Assembly: GCF_009914755.1 (NCBI RefSeq)
Contig: NC_060927.1
Direction: 5' to 3' (one strand)
DNA from: the human T2T-CHM13v2.0 reference genome, Homo sapiens
Length of the DNA stretch: 64,000 nt
Positions within the stretch are counted from its first letter, which is position 1. Each line of letters starts with the position of its first letter. Under the pieces are notes generated by a model. That model was not told where the DNA came from. It ran no database searches and saw only the letters and a list, made by a program, of their open reading frames with translations. Below are positions 1-21,894 of the stretch, one piece after another. A program made the position numbers and the translations under genes.

Positions 1-390
1 ACAGGAAAGTACTTATTTCCAGTAATTTAAAAAACACATATCAATGGTGAAGAGAAATCAAAATAGATATGTTTAGAAGCAAACAGTAAGAAATAGATTG
101 CACATCAAAACTTACGAGATAAAGCCACAGCAGTACTTCAAGGAAATTTATAACCTTAAATATTTATATTAGAAAAGAAGAAAGGCTGCATTAAAAAGCT
201 AAGCTTCAAATAAAGGAAGGAAATAATAAAGATAGGAACAGAAAGCTTCAAAACAGAACAAACATACAAGGGAGAGCTTGGGAGACATTACTATAAATTC
301 TGTGGAGATTAAACCCATAATAAAGGAATAACATAAGCAACATTTTAACAATACATTTGAAAATTTAGATGAAATGGACAAATTATAAGT
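1..390 (+). mobile_element. Degenerate LINE-1 ORF2 fragment
   Basis: A-rich L1-like text ending catttgaaaatttagatgaaatggacaaatt. Confidence 0.7.
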
Positions 391-1798
391 GTGGTAAGTC
401 TAGATTGTATTTTTTATATTTAAAAAATTTGTAATATTCATTTTAACACATGCTTAAAATTAAAACGACATCATACTTAAAACAAAAAAAACCATACCAT
501 TTATAGGCAGAAAACCTTTGTTTTTTTAACTTCAAAACTCAGGTGACTGAGCATAAAAACTGTGGGTTTTTTCTTTTAACCCACAGCAGAGACAGGAAAC
601 CCCACCTAGGTGCATTAGGTGCCTCAAAAGGGTACAACGCTAGCAGGACTAAGCAGTTCAGATGCAGTCCAGAAACAGCAATCACTTGCTCCAAATAGAA
701 AAATGAAGCTTCACTGACAGCTGACATCTGCACCATGCTTCACAGTATCTGAAGATTTTTTTTCCTATGTACATCAGCTATTTAAGTAGACACACATTTT
801 CTTACATTTAAGATAAATAATAGTTAACGGCTACCACTTATTAGACATATATGTGTCAGGAACTGTCCTGGATGGCTTACATACGTTCTTTTCAAGCTTT
901 ACAGCACAACCAGATGCTGTAATCCCAGTTTTACAAATTAACAATCAGTAGACTGATTTGCTCATAGACTCACTCTTTTTTTTTTTTAGGTAAATAAATA
1001 ATTATTGTTCATTTATTTGACTATGAAAGAAGAAAACAAACATTTATTGAGTGCCATTTATTTTTAAACTGTACAAGTCTGTGAGGTAAGTACGGCTACC
1101 TCTACTTTTATATAAAGGGAATTTACACAATTGGCTTAAGGTTGAAGAAATAGTGTCCAGGTTCAAAATCTGGTGTTCCTCATTCTGAAATCACATAGTC
1201 TGTATATTGGGCCACACATAAAAAGGAAAATAGTTTATCTTCTTCTCTCTTGCAAATAAGGACGGAGTTATTTTCTAGTGAGAAATAATTCTTATACACT
1301 TTGGTTACTGGAAACTTACTTTTTTCAGATGATGCATTAAATAAAGAAACCAGAGCTTAGCTTTACCTCTTTTGATATTGAAGTACATTAGCTGTGTCTC
1401 AAGGATAGGGGCTCCCATATATCCATGCTGCCTTAATAGGGGCTATAGTCTCAAGAGGATCTGTGCATTCTCTCCCATCACCCTACCTCTCACCTGAACT
1501 TTTGGAAAGATAATCTGGCCTGGAAGGAGAAGAAAATGGAGACAGAAATTTCCCCGGGTGAATTCTCACCATATAAGAAGTGAATCTGTAAGTAGCATTT
1601 AACACTGTATTATATATTGCAGTTTTTAAATACATGTCTTATATCTCCTACTCTCCTATAAGCATCTGCTCATAGACTCACTCTTAACCACGTGGGTACA
1701 AGATGCAAACCCAAGTCTAGCTGATGCCTCCCTTCATCCATCCTTTTAAACAGGAGGGCTCCAGGCAGGAAGTTGTCCACAGAGCCACAGTGAGTTCA

Positions 1799-1987
<189 letters not shown>

Positions 1988-2379
1988 TTATTACTGATGG
2001 TGCAGCTCTGGGACAAGTTCTTTGGGATCCATGAGCTCAGCACTGTAGAGAGAGAAAACTAGAAGACACATTAAAACCACTTGTTGGGAGACACAGACGT
2101 GACCCTCAGGATGCAACGTTTAGAGGAAGGAATTTCTTTCTACAGGTAGCAGTTACCAGGCACCTTAGAGTTTACCAAGGACTCTTTCCATCCACTCTCT
2201 ACAGAAGCTCACAGCTGTGATTCTAGCAGGTATCACCCCCACTGGACAAGCAGGGAATCTGAAGCTCCCCACAAAAATCTGCTAACACCTCACAAGCAGT
2301 AATGGCAGGGCTTATGATATGACCCCCATCTCTGACTGTTAATCCTGTCAACTCTGAACTTTTTCACGTCCTCAAGCTG

Positions 2380-2917
2380 TGGCTGAGAAAAGCTCAGTGG
2401 TGAAGACACAGATGACTAGGCCATGGATCAGCAGAAAACCCAGGGCTTATTAAACCAAACACAGCGGGAGATGACAGCAGACCCACATCAGCCACAGAGG
2501 TTCAAACATAATCCGAGGGCCTTTGTTGCATCTACAAAGACTGTCGATGGGGCTGTGGTGCACCTCTTGGATCCCCCTTTAGAACCAGGGCACTCACTCA
2601 TTCTCCCAGCGGCTAGGGCTGTTGTCTGCTGACATTTCTCAGATGTGTCCGTCTCTGGGTGCTGGCCTGTGCTGAGCTGCCTCACCCAAGGTTACAACCC
2701 TCAGGGATAGCCCACATCCAACAACTGACCAATGTGCCTCGAACAGCCAACCCAGCTGCAGAGCTCCCTCTAAGATTGGATGAGGCCACTTGTGAAGCTG
2801 CATCATAGCCCCACTTCTCCCTCTCTATCCTACAGGCATTGCTCCAGAGAGCACAATCAATAAGCTTTCTACCAGGTAATCTCAGAGTCTGTTTCCCTGG
2901 GAACTTGACCTACAACA
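2380..2917 (+). mobile_element. ERVL LTR16/LTR33-like solo LTR
   Basis: Typical 3' end aataagctttct...ctcagagtctgtttccctgggaacttgacctacaaca. Confidence 0.55.
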
Positions 2918-3069
2918 AAGACCAATGGATAATGCCAACACTGAGTATACAAAAGGACTAGAAAAACAAATGCCCCTGCAGTCACTGTGCAAGGGGCGGG
3001 GTCTAGACCAGAGGATCCCGACCTTGTCAGGGATGATGTTCACAGGTATGAGGTTGTCTGCAACATTGG

Positions 3070-3240
3070 GTGGTACTTCAAAAACTTACCCATGCTTAAG
3101 TGTCACATGGAGAGCTTGTTAAAACAGATTCCTAAGCCCCATCCCAGAGATTCTAATTCAGCAGGTCTGGAGTGGGGCCTGAAACTGCATTTCTAACAGG
3201 TGTCCAGGTGACGCTGATGCTGCCATCCATAGACCAGCAA
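3070..3240. mobile_element. MER5A-like DNA transposon
   Basis: cccagagattctaattcagcaggtctggagtggggcctgaaactgcatttctaacagg...gctgatgctgc. Confidence 0.7.
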
Positions 3241-5029
3241 GGCTTTGTGCCTTCCTCCTCTACTTCAGAGAGCATATTGCAATGCAAGTGTGTGAGAATG
3301 AAGTTATTTTAGGAATAGTCTTTTGTCCAACCTAATTTGTACATCAATGAGGCACAAAACATGATAGTTTACCTAGGATTAGTAATAAATTCCTTGGATG
3401 CAGCTCACCAATGATGGAGCCACCTTGGGTGACCTACTGGTTGTGGAGGTGACAGATGAGCAAGGCTGAGGATCAGATCAAGCAGGTCAGCTCCAAAGAC
3501 TTTTTCATTAGTTCTCTGCACAGAATCTAAACTTTGAAAGATCTGGACCACTCAACCAACTGAACTGATCTAGTCATACCATTTCCCCCATTTCTTATTA
3601 ATCAGAGACAACTCACAGCCAACAGGTCTGCCTGCCTTAAGGGATTCATAGGTTAAAACACATCCCTTCCTGTGAGACACAAAGAAAAAAAAAAACCCAC
3701 ATCCGTTGCTGCAAGGAACTCACCTTCTTTGTGGCCCTCGTCTGCTTCTAATGTGGTAGTCACCCATGCTGTGCTGTGTTTCTTATTTGTTATGTCTCTC
3801 TCCATGCTACACTGCTTGCACCTCAGGGGCAGAGACTGTGCCTCACTTGCCCTTGAGTCCTTAGCCAGAGCCCAGCATGGAGGGGGTTGCCAGGTTGAGT
3901 TGGGAAAGTGTGACCTCTAGAAGCACACTTTACAGGCCGAGGGAGCCCAGGCTGGGAAGCTGTCCAGTGGGTTTAAGGATGGATTGGAAGACTAAGTATT
4001 TGTTCTAGTTCTACTGGCAGAATCTTACTTTGGGTGTTTTTAGACCACCAAAGGGCAGCATCGCAGAGAAATGGTGCAGATTCAAGCCTCCTCTGGCCAC
4101 TTAAGAGGGTGTGAGGTGGGAAGGTGAAAGAAATGGTGAGACTTTGCATTCATCAACATTCCACATTGTGTGAGAAGTACAGGAGCGCCTGGACCCTGTA
4201 GGCAGCCATCACACAGCTGTGGACACACACAGGTGTGGAGGAAGGAGACACACACCTGCACAGGCAGGTGCATGTTCCTGTGGGTGGGATGGGCAGTGAA
4301 CTCCCCACTCCTGATGCCTTTCTCTCCCTGCTCTCCTCTAGGAAGCTGGCCTGAAGAACAGCTGCTAAGTACAGACTGGCCTTCTCTCACTTCCTCAAAG
4401 AGACAGGGCAAAAAGCAGCTTCAGGGAGGCTTGGCAGAACACAGTGGGGTGGGTGTGGGGGCTGGCTCAGGGGCTCCAGGGTGCAAAGGGTGATCCAAAG
4501 CGCAGTGACTCTGGCTCACCACCACCTGAGTTCCAGTCCAAGCTTCACCCCTTGCCAGCTGAACAGAAAACGTGTGGACTTTTTTTTGTATTCAGCTATT
4601 CTTATCTGAAAAGTGGTGCTGATAATCTCTAATTAAGATGAGGCTAATATGCAGGCTAAATAAGGCAACAGAGGAAGAAAGGGGAATTCTATGGATTATG
4701 GCAGAGGGAGGGGCAGGAGAGAGGATTAAGGACAACATTTATGTTCTGACAGTTTCTATAATGTCCAATTTTTTTTTAAGATGAATGTGTTATTTTAAGT
4801 ATAACAGTAAGATTTTTAAAAAATTGTGTCATGAACCATAAAGTTCCAAAAACGATGCCTTTTTTCCTGGATCGGATGATTGGTCCCGATCCCATCAATG
4901 GCAGCTAGGGGGAATCCCCATCTACTAAGTGAAAAAGGCACCCACCAGGTCTCAACTGTTTCTCATAAGATGAACACAGAGGGATTATCTAAAATATCAG
5001 TGACCAACCTTGGCACACTATTATCTTTT

Positions 5030-5525
<496 letters not shown>

Positions 5526-5929
5526 CCAGGCACACTATTATCTTATATGCAGTGACATTTGAGTTTTGCAATATCTTCATTTCTTGGCTCTACTAATAGT
5601 ATTAAAATTGATAATGCTTGTAAGCGATGTCTTCTCCTAGCCCATCTCAGCCTGCAAAAAAGATAGCAGTTCAAAGGAGAAACTTCATTAAGAGCTGACA
5701 GTATCCAATTTCAGATCCTGAGAGATTTAGGCCCAAACTAAGCCTTCAAAACTCAACAGCTGGGCATCCTCCATGATTCAGAGAGAAAAATGCAAATAAA
5801 GAGACAGGTGGGAAATGAAGCTTAGCGAAAAGCCAGTACAGCATCATCTGTCTTTGCAAAAAAACAACAAAAATCAAAGACGTTACAGAAAAATTTTGTC
5901 ATAATTTTTCCTACACAAAAAAATACAGA

Positions 5930-6540
5930 AATGTAAAGTGGTGTGGCCTTTTTGGGAAACACTATGGCAGTTCCTGAAACTCTAAACATAGAGTTACCAT
6001 ATGACACAGCCGTTCCACTTCTTGGTATACACCCAAAGGAACTGAAACAGGAATTCAAACAAATCCTTGTACATCAATGTTCAAAGCAACACTATAACCA
6101 AAATGTGCAAATAACCCAAATGTCCATCAACCAATGAATGGATAAATAAAATACTGTACATCCACACAAGGGAATACTATTCAGCAATAAAAAGGAATGA
6201 AGCACTAGTACGTGCAACAACGTGGATGAGCGTTGAACACATTGGGCTAAATGAAAGAAGTCATACAGGTGTATATATGTGGTTCACTTATACGAAATGT
6301 TCAGAATTGGCAAACCCACAGGGACAGAAAGTATATTATTTCCAGGGGCTGAGAGGAGGGAGAGTGTGGAATGAATGCTAATGGGTATGGAGTTTCTTTT
6401 TGGGGTGATAAAATGTTTCTGAATTAGATAATGGTAATGGTTACACAACTTTGTGAATACAGTAAATACCACTGCATCATATACTTAAAAATTGTCAATT
6501 TTATGGTTTGTGAATTATACCTCAACAAAACAAAACGTTA
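5930..6540 (+). mobile_element. L1M-type 3' end fragment
   Basis: LNIELPYDTAVPLLGIHPKELK resembles the ORF2 C-terminus and is followed by a typical L1M 3'UTR. Confidence 0.8.
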
Positions 6541-7043
6541 AAAGAAAGAGACCACAGTAGAATATTTGAACAAATAAGCTACAGTTATAGACTGTGACTG
6601 AAGCCTGCCCAACTACCCTGGTTTAAAACAGTAAGGCTTCTAAATGCTCACATTTATTTCCCTTAAAAATTATTTTGTCCAGGCGCAGTGGCTCACGCCT
6701 GTAATCCCAGAACTTTGGGAGGCCAAGGCAGGTGGATCACGAGGTCAGGAGATCGAGACCACCCTGGCTAACACGGTGAAACCCCGTCTCTACTAAAAAT
6801 ACAAAAACAAAAATTAGCTGGGTGTGGTGGCGGGTGCCTGTAGTCCCAGCTACTCTGGAGGCTGCGGTGGGAGAATGATGTGAACCCGGGAGGCAGAGCT
6901 TGCAGTGAGCCAAGATTTGCACCTCTGCACTCCAGCCTGGGCGACAGAGCGAGACTGCGTCTCAGAAAAAAAAAAAAAAAAAAAAAGTAAGAAATATTAT
7001 TTTTTAAAATTACATAGGTAATCCTTATATGTTAGAAAATTTA

Positions 7044-7178
<135 letters not shown>

Positions 7179-7225
7179 TTAGCCAGGCATGGTGGTGCAT
7201 GCCTGTAATCCCATAATCCCAGCTA

Positions 7226-7432
<207 letters not shown>

Positions 7433-7487
7433 TTAATCAACAGAAACATTCTAGCATAAGTTTCTACAGATATTAAAGTGCTCTTAC

Positions 7488-7528
7488 CATTCCAATAGGC
7501 AAAATTGGTCCCACCTATAAACATGTAC
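7488..7528 (-). CDS. GLB1: GLB1 exon 9 (YMFIGGTNFAYWNG)
   Basis: 41 nt; follows an 84-nt intron; gtag|GTAC acceptor; ATG|GTAAGA donor; YMFxGGTNF motif. Confidence 0.97.
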
Positions 7529-7611
7529 CTACAAGGAAACAAAAGAACACGGTACTTCACTGTGAGCCCATGGCTACTGAGGGCACCCTCCCCTCAGGCA
7601 ATGAACACTCA

Positions 7612-7734
<123 letters not shown>

Positions 7735-8068
7735 CTAAAACAAAAAAAGAACGTAGCCCTTAGGATAGACTTATGACCTTCCAATGCCAGGGCTTCCCTG
7801 CAATGCCCCATCTATGACAGGTGTAAAGGGGGTTGACATGCTGACATGCACTGCTTAACCCAGAGCCGCCCCCGAGTGAGCACTTCCAATACCAGCAATG
7901 CCTATGTTCAGTCCTCAGGTTCTAACCTAAAGTAGATCTCATCTTATACAATGCAAGTATTCCTGAAAAGTGGTGCCTATATTAAAATTTAGATAGCTGA
8001 TCCCCTGTTTAAACACAGTAGGAAAGTCTTGTTGGGCAAAGAAACTGGGTAGCAAAATATTTTTATAG

Positions 8069-8158
<90 letters not shown>

Positions 8159-9220
8159 TGAGACCCTCCTGGCCAACATGGTGAAACCCCATCTCAACTA
8201 AAAATACAAACATTAGCTGGGCATCGTGGTGCGCCCCTGTAGTCCCAGCTATCAGGAGCCTGAGGCAGGAGAATCGCTTGAACCCGGGAGGTGGAGAATG
8301 CAGTGAGCTGAGATCGCGCCACTGTACTACAGTCTGGCAACATAGTGAGACTCCATTTAAAAATAAATAAATAAATAACAGCTCCAAATTCAACCTTTGT
8401 ATGAATCCAGATTTTCAGATCTCAGGTTGATTTATAACGAGGAAGGCTTGTCCCAGTATTCTGCAAAGCAGGCCTCAAACACTTCATGTTTTTCTTGGGC
8501 ATTGCCCTGCCAAGCCTTGGTCTAGAGAACAAAAAAGAAGTCTGGACCTTCTTGTGGGGACTTCTTGTTTTAGGTTCCAGGAAATAGCTCCACCCAAAGT
8601 CTATGAATGCAGGGTCTGCACTGCTCACTAAGCAGAGACTAGACTCAGAAAAGGCTGTTTTATAAATCAGGCTTGTACACAGGTGGGGCAGTCTGACCTA
8701 GTGCAGAGAAGGCGCAGGATATTAACCCCTTAAACTGGGCTGAGTGACAACAAGAATAGCAACTTCAGCCAAAGACGGGAAGAACGGAGAGAGAAGGATT
8801 GATAGATTGTTGACACCCACCTGCAGCTTGCCAACCATCCCGGCTTAGCCACACACTGGCTATATGACCCTGGCAAGTGACATAGGTTCCCTGAGCCTCA
8901 ATAAAAATGGAGACAATAAGACCACTTATGAGAGTTGCCCTGAGGACCAGATGAGACCAGGATGCAGGAGCACAGAACCTGATGTGTAACAGGCCATTCA
9001 TGTTGGTCCCCAGTCTGTTCCACCCCAGTGCAGGAGCTCAATTTCAAATAGAAACATTGTTTCTGCTGTCATTCACATGTCCAGAATGGCTATGACTCCA
9101 CAATCCCATTAGCTGCTGACTCCAGAGCCAAAAACATCAAGGGCCTACTGCCCAGTTTCAGCAGCATGTAACTTTTCTCTCTTAACAGCTGCAAACACAC
9201 ACCTCACCCTCGATTCTTAC

Positions 9221-9279
9221 CAAGGGTCCTTTGGGCTCACACTTCCTCTGGCTTAGGAAAGCATCTGTGATGTTGCTGC
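9221..9279 (-). CDS. GLB1: GLB1 exon 7 ([20 protein letters not shown])
   Basis: 59 nt; tttcag|GC acceptor; TTG|GTAAGA donor. Confidence 0.96.
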
Positions 9280-9372
9280 CTGAAAATTGTAAGAGGGAGA
9301 AGGTAGGTCAGTCGTGGAAATGACAAGAAGTTAAATAACAAGAGCCCTTCATGGGACTCGGGCCTGAAGCCC

Positions 9373-10005
<633 letters not shown>

Positions 10006-11085
10006 GGCCCCTTTCCCTTCCCACACCCCATGGGCCTGGAATACTTCCAAGCTAGCTTCTGATTGGACCCATTTGAAGATGTGTGTGGACCAGAGAACAT
10101 TGCTTCCTCTCTGAGGAGGTCCCCGTGGCCTTTCCTGTCTGCACAAGAGTTCCCTTCACAGGCCTGTCTTCTTTATCTGTGTTTCCCCAGGGCCTGGACA
10201 CATATCTTGTGGGCTTATCTCTTCACAAGAACATCTGGTTGACCTGGATGCACCCCACAGGATGAGCCTGGTTTGAAGATACTTACAGCCTCAATAACAC
10301 CATACACATGATACTACCACAAATATTTGCCAGTTAATTAAGAAATCAAAGGGATGTGGGGGCTCTAATTGTGTTTACCCCTGAATAATGGAATATACTC
10401 TGGATTCTAATTTGTACATCAGCCATTCCAAACCACTTGCTCTCAAGTTTTCCTCATGAAATGTCCCATTAGGGGTGTCTTGTCTTGCCTCTCGTGTCTT
10501 CTATTTTCCCTTCCTCCTCTAAAACAAAAAAGAATTTCTCCACAGAGAAGGAATGGGCTGCCAAACACTGGGGAAAGAGGAAGCATGAGCAGTGTCCACA
10601 CCAACCCGAGCAGAGAATGCCCTGGCCCCACACTTCACAACCCAGTTCCCACAGCAGGTATCCCAGGGTGGACGTGGCCCCAGCCAAGACCCTCTGATAA
10701 CCACTTGCTCTGAGATGGGCCTTTGGCTTCTCTGTAAGGCCAGCTTTCAGGACAGAATATGCTGATTGAGAAAGAGCAGAATCTCATTGGCTGTCTTTCT
10801 CACTATTAAGCATTAGGTGGCATTCAGCTCTTTAAACACTGTTCTCATGAGACCCATCGGGCAATGCCCCTCTCCCACACAAAGCAATGAAGCTGGCAAA
10901 AGCCTCAGACTGGAGGGCCCATCTGCCCCAGGCACCCTGGCCTTGTGGTTGTCTATTCTCCAACCCCTAGCAGTGACAGTCACGCTGTCACCTCACATAC
11001 AAATTATGCTTAAAACACAATCATAATCACCTTCAATTTGTTCCTCCCAACAGAAAAATGCCGTGCTTTTTCATCGCTGTGATGA

Positions 11086-11547
<462 letters not shown>

Positions 11548-11846
11548 CCAACCTAACGGATGAGTCCTTTTATCACCAAATGCTCTCGAAACACTCCATT
11601 CACTTAAGGTCAGTTCTTTTCTGTTCTTCTCTTTTTTGATAAGGTAGAAGAACCTCTTAAAAAATGTGACTACAGACCGGGTGCGGTGGCTCACGCCTGT
11701 AATCCCAACACTTTGGGAGGCCGAGGCAGGCAGATCATGTGAGGTTAGGAGTTTGAAACCAGCCTGGCCAACATGGTGAAACCCTGTCTCTACTAAAAAT
11801 ACAAAAATTAGCCAGGCGTGGTGGCAGGTGCCTGTAATCCCAGCTA

Positions 11847-11954
<108 letters not shown>

Positions 11955-12695
11955 TCAAAAAAAAAAAAAAAAAAAAAAAAAAAGCAACACCAGGCTAATT
12001 TCCTCATTTCAGTCTTCTGTACATCCCTCTTAAGAGAGGCAAACATTGGCTGTGCAATGCACATGAAGTGCCTTTTACCTCAGAGGGGAGAACATCAGGG
12101 TCTTTATGCTACTCAAGGAACTGGTCTTTTTTGTGTGTGTGTATCTTTTTTTTTTTTTGAGACAGGGTCTTGCTCTGTTGCCCAGCTTGGGGTGCAGTGG
12201 CACAATCACAGCTCACCGCAGCCTTGAACTCGTGGGCTCAAGTGATCTTCCCACCTCATCCTCCCTAGTAGCTAGGACTACAGGCACTTACCACCATGCC
12301 TAGCCTGTAACTTTTTATTCTGCAGTGATTTCAAACTTACAGAATGTTGTAAGAATAGTACAAAAAAACTCTCCTATTCCCTTCACCTAGATTTCCCAAT
12401 TGTTAGCATTTTACTAGATATACACTATCAGTTTCTCTATAAAAATATACATTTTTCTGAGCCACCTGAGAATAAATTGCAGATGTGATGGCCCTTTATC
12501 CCTAAATACATCAGTGTTCATTCTCTCAGAACAAAGGCATTCTTTAAATAAACACAATATACTTCTAAAAATCAGGAAATTATACTGATACAGTACTCTT
12601 ATCTAATCTACAGACTTTATTCAAAGATTGCAATTTCTCAATAATGTCTTTCATAGCCACACACACAAAAAAAGTCCAGTCAGACATTTAGCTGT

Positions 12696-13117
12696 TGATA
12701 TGGTTTGGATCTGTGTTAGATCTGTGTCCCCACCAAATCTCATGTCGAACTATAATCCCCAGTGTTGGAGGTAGGGCCTGGTGGCAGGCGACTGGATCGT
12801 GGGGGCAAAGTGCTTGTGAATGGGTTAGCACCATCCCCTCAGTGCTATTCTCCTGATAGTGAGTGAATGAGTTATGAGATCTGGTTGTTTAAAAGTATGT
12901 AGCACTTCCCTTCCTATCTCTTCCTCCCGCTCTGTCCATGTAAGACGTGCCTGCTTTCCCTTTGCCTTCTGCCATGATTTTAAGTTTCCTAAGGCCTCCC
13001 CAGAAGCTGTTGCCACCAGGCTTCCTATACAGCCTGTGAGTCCATTAAACCTCTTTTCTTTGTAAATTACCCAGTCTCTGGTATTTATTTAGGGCAGTGC
13101 AAGAATGGACGAATACA
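12696..13117. mobile_element. MaLR MSTA/MSTB-like solo LTR
   Basis: tgatatggtttggatctgtg...taagtttcctaaggcctccccagaagc...gaatggacgaataca. Confidence 0.8.
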
Positions 13118-13804
13118 GCTGTCATATCCTTTATGAAAGCCACTCTCCTAAATGAAGTCTCTCTTAATATTACTTATGGCCAGAAGCATCCTAACCACAT
13201 TGCCCACCCATCTGTAACTTTCACTTGCAGCATCTCCACAGTTTACACAGCACTGTGTAAGGAATCTGGCATAGCCTTTGTAGCATCTGCCAAACCACCT
13301 CCAGCCCTGACAGTTCAGTGTTCTAAGTTATGCAGAAAGACAACAAAGCATAAGGTAAGTTCCCAGCCAGTGGCTGACCTCAAGGTTGGCTACAGCCAAG
13401 GCATAACCCCGAGTGTCCTGCCAAGGTGGGAGGACAGGGAGGGCAGAAAGAGCAGAGAAGCGCGCCCCAGACACAGCCTAAAAGGTGACTGCCTCAAGGT
13501 AGAGCTTCTCACAGCTGGAGATGCCTACCTGCTTCTTCATCTTGGGTGGGCCAGCCTAGCCCCTGAGATAGCAGTACTCCATTTTCCAGGCTAGCTCCAC
13601 CAGTGCTGAAAATGCAGCTACCCTGGAAGCTCTTGGCCTACAGATAACCCTCTGTTACTGAGGGGTGCAAGTATTCTATTCTACCTGTTCCTTGAAAAAT
13701 GAAAACATGAAAAATCTCAATCTGCCCATGACACTTATAACAACAGCTGCCCAGAGCAACTGACTGAGTAAAAAGCTGATTTTAAGCTGCAATTTCTGTT
13801 ACTA

Positions 13805-14128
<324 letters not shown>

Positions 14129-14652
14129 TCACTCAGACCTCAAAACTGACTAAAAGAAAAAACACCAACAATTCACCATAAAAGTTTACCTCCTATTAAC
14201 CCTCTCCCACCACTGAGAAATAAGAAAAACAAAAAACACCAAACTGGTGTTCAGATTGTAGTGGTATTCTTCCCTAGAATAGAAAGTAGATACTTTAAAC
14301 ATCACATAAATAATACCTTCCCATGGTAGAAATGCTAGAAAAATGAAAAGAAAACAGGAAAAGTATCCATTAATTCCATTGCCCAGAGATAATCACTGCA
14401 AGCATTTTAGTATACAGCCGTCTAGATTTACACAGACCCACACACTCCCCAAATATACGCAAATAATATACAGCAGTGTTTTCTTCCCTCAAAACTGGCA
14501 TATTATATGCACCAATTGTAATTGTGTTTTCCCTTAATATACTATGCAAAATCTCCATGGCAATAAGAAGGGTGAATGCCAGGGACAGACACAGCATGTT
14601 TATTTGACCTGCTGTCACACACACACCGGTGTTCAGTTTGTGCTCAATAACA

Positions 14653-14855
14653 TCGGTGGTTCTCAACCAGGAGCTCTTTAGCCCCACAGGGGACATGTGG
14701 CTATGTCTGGAAATGTTTGACGTTGTCATACCTCGGCAGACATGCTCATGGCATCCAGTGGGTAGAGGCCCAGGGATGCTGCCAGACATCCCACAGTGCA
14801 CAGGGAAGCCCCACAATGAAGAATTATCAGGTGCAACATGGCAATAGTGCTGAGG
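14653..14855. mobile_element. MER20-like hAT DNA transposon
   Basis: cggtggttctcaaccagg...ggcatccagtgggtagaggcccagggatgctgcc. Confidence 0.7.
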
Positions 14856-14964
14856 GTGGGGTCCCTGCTCTGAAGCATGCATTCCCAGTGAGGTGGGTAG
14901 CATCCCCAAGGGGGTAAAAATTGATGCTTTGGGGATAAAAAAAATTATTCCTTATTTATATAAA

Positions 14965-14970
<6 letters not shown>

Positions 14971-15006
<36 letters not shown>
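14971..15006 (+). repeat. (CA)n microsatellite
   Basis: About 18 AC units. Confidence 0.95.
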
Positions 15007-15010
<4 letters not shown>

Positions 15011-16844
15011 CAAATAAACCAATATACAATATCTCAGGTAATAAAATTTCATGGTGGAGAGGAGAAGGCAATTAGAAAAAAAGTTTAAAAGGGATCCTTG
15101 GGGGCAATGATGAAAAAATCAGGTTAAGAAACATTGCTCTGAAGCAATAAAACAAATGAACTTCAGCTCTACCCAATACACCAAAGAATCAGGAATATAA
15201 TGTGAAGTGAAAGAAGCATGACACTGAAAAATACATACAGTACAATCCCCTTTAGAGAAAATTCAAAACAATCAAAACCAAACTATAAAGTCTGAGTACA
15301 CACATAGGTGGTAAAAGTATAAAGAAAAGCAGAAAACTGATGGTCATAAGCGTCAGGACAGTGGGACGAAATGGTGTATGATCAACAAGGACACCTGGGA
15401 AGCTTCTAGGGCACTGGCCACGTGCTGTCTCCTGACCTTGGTTGGTGTTTATGTGGGTGTTCACACCATAGTGATTCATCATACTGCGCATTTACGTATG
15501 TATGCTATATTTCATTTATAAAAAATTAAAAAATACCCAACCATAACATTTTAACATGCACATAATACAAAAATATTTGTGATCCTGGGAATACATGATC
15601 TTTAAACGTAAGCACAAGAAACTGTGAGTCCCAGAAAAGAGGTGCTTAGCCTGAGTGCCTGGGAGAGATTGTTAGGGAAGGTTCCTTGGAGGGACAGCCC
15701 GAGGTAGCTCTAGAAGAAAAGGCTCTGAACTTGGGAAGGGAATGGGTAGAGGATATTCCTACATATTTGACATCACCAACAGCTCAATTTCATCCACGTG
15801 CAGAGTTGGAGAGTGGGAGAAGAATGGTGAGTGACAAAAATGAATTAAATGCTGCCGTCATTATCTGCACAGTCCTGCCTCCCACAAGGTTTCATGAATG
15901 ATCCTTCTCTCAGAGAGGATCCCTCTGGCAATACTTTCAGATTTGGGGTTCAAGAAGTAAAACAGACTGTAGCACGCATGCCCAGGACAGAGACTTCACT
16001 GGTCATGAAACCATCCTGGAAGAGGAAGTATTTGCTGCTTACAAGAGTAGAAAACTCCCATTGATGAGTTCCATGAAAGTTCCTTTTGCAATAATTTAGA
16101 TAAATGCTAAGAAAAGCTTTGTAAATACTGGCAAAGTTCTTTTCTCCTCCTTTATAAGTGCTACTTACATGACTGTGTCTCCTTTTTATCATCTGGCTGT
16201 CAAGAAATTCAGAGCTAAAGATCTTAAAAGTTAGCTCCAGCAACTAAATGGTCTCACAGCCTCTGTACCTCATGTTCTCTTGAGCTCACCCCCATGCCCA
16301 AACCCAACCTTGGTTTTCTTATCATCTTGCTTTTCCAGGTCTTATTTATCCATTATCATCATTGTATCATATACTCTAAAATAAACAGGCTTGTAAAAAA
16401 TGCGTACACATAATTTGGTTAGGTTTTGAGAGAGCGAGAAAAGCACAATTGCGAGGCAGCTTAGAGTTCTAGTCACAGGCACGGCTGGCAGGGGCCCAAC
16501 TGTCTACATGTAAATCTGAGCTCTGCCACTTCCTACCCATGGGACTCCACCTGTAAAGTGTACCTAACTCGATGGGTTATCATGAGGATTAACTGAGTCA
16601 ATACGTGACTAGAACCTTGCACAGATCTGGCATCTAGTAAGTGCTCAAAATGTTAGCAGCTAAGACTCTACTCAAGTTCTATGTTACGACCAATTAGGAA
16701 AAAAAAAGGTGGGTGAAGGCTGGGGGTAGGTGAGACACACAAATGAAAAGGCTTGAAAAACCCATAGAAAAAGTCATGGCTAGGTTCAGAGGAACACCGA
16801 TGTTTCTAGAGCAGGAGTCAACAAACTTTTTGAATAAAACACCA

Positions 16845-21710
<4,866 letters not shown>

Positions 21711-21894
21711 TTATGATTTAGTACAAAGAGACACCAGTGCAGCCTTATTACACCAGGGCTGGCAGCAGAGATCAGGATATACAGGACTCGACAAGTACCT
21801 TCTGAAGTAAAAGTCTCATAAAAGTTGTCCTGCATGTAGTTGTCTCCTCAGCTGAGCTCCTCAGGGGACGAGGATCAGTGTGCCTGTATCCATC

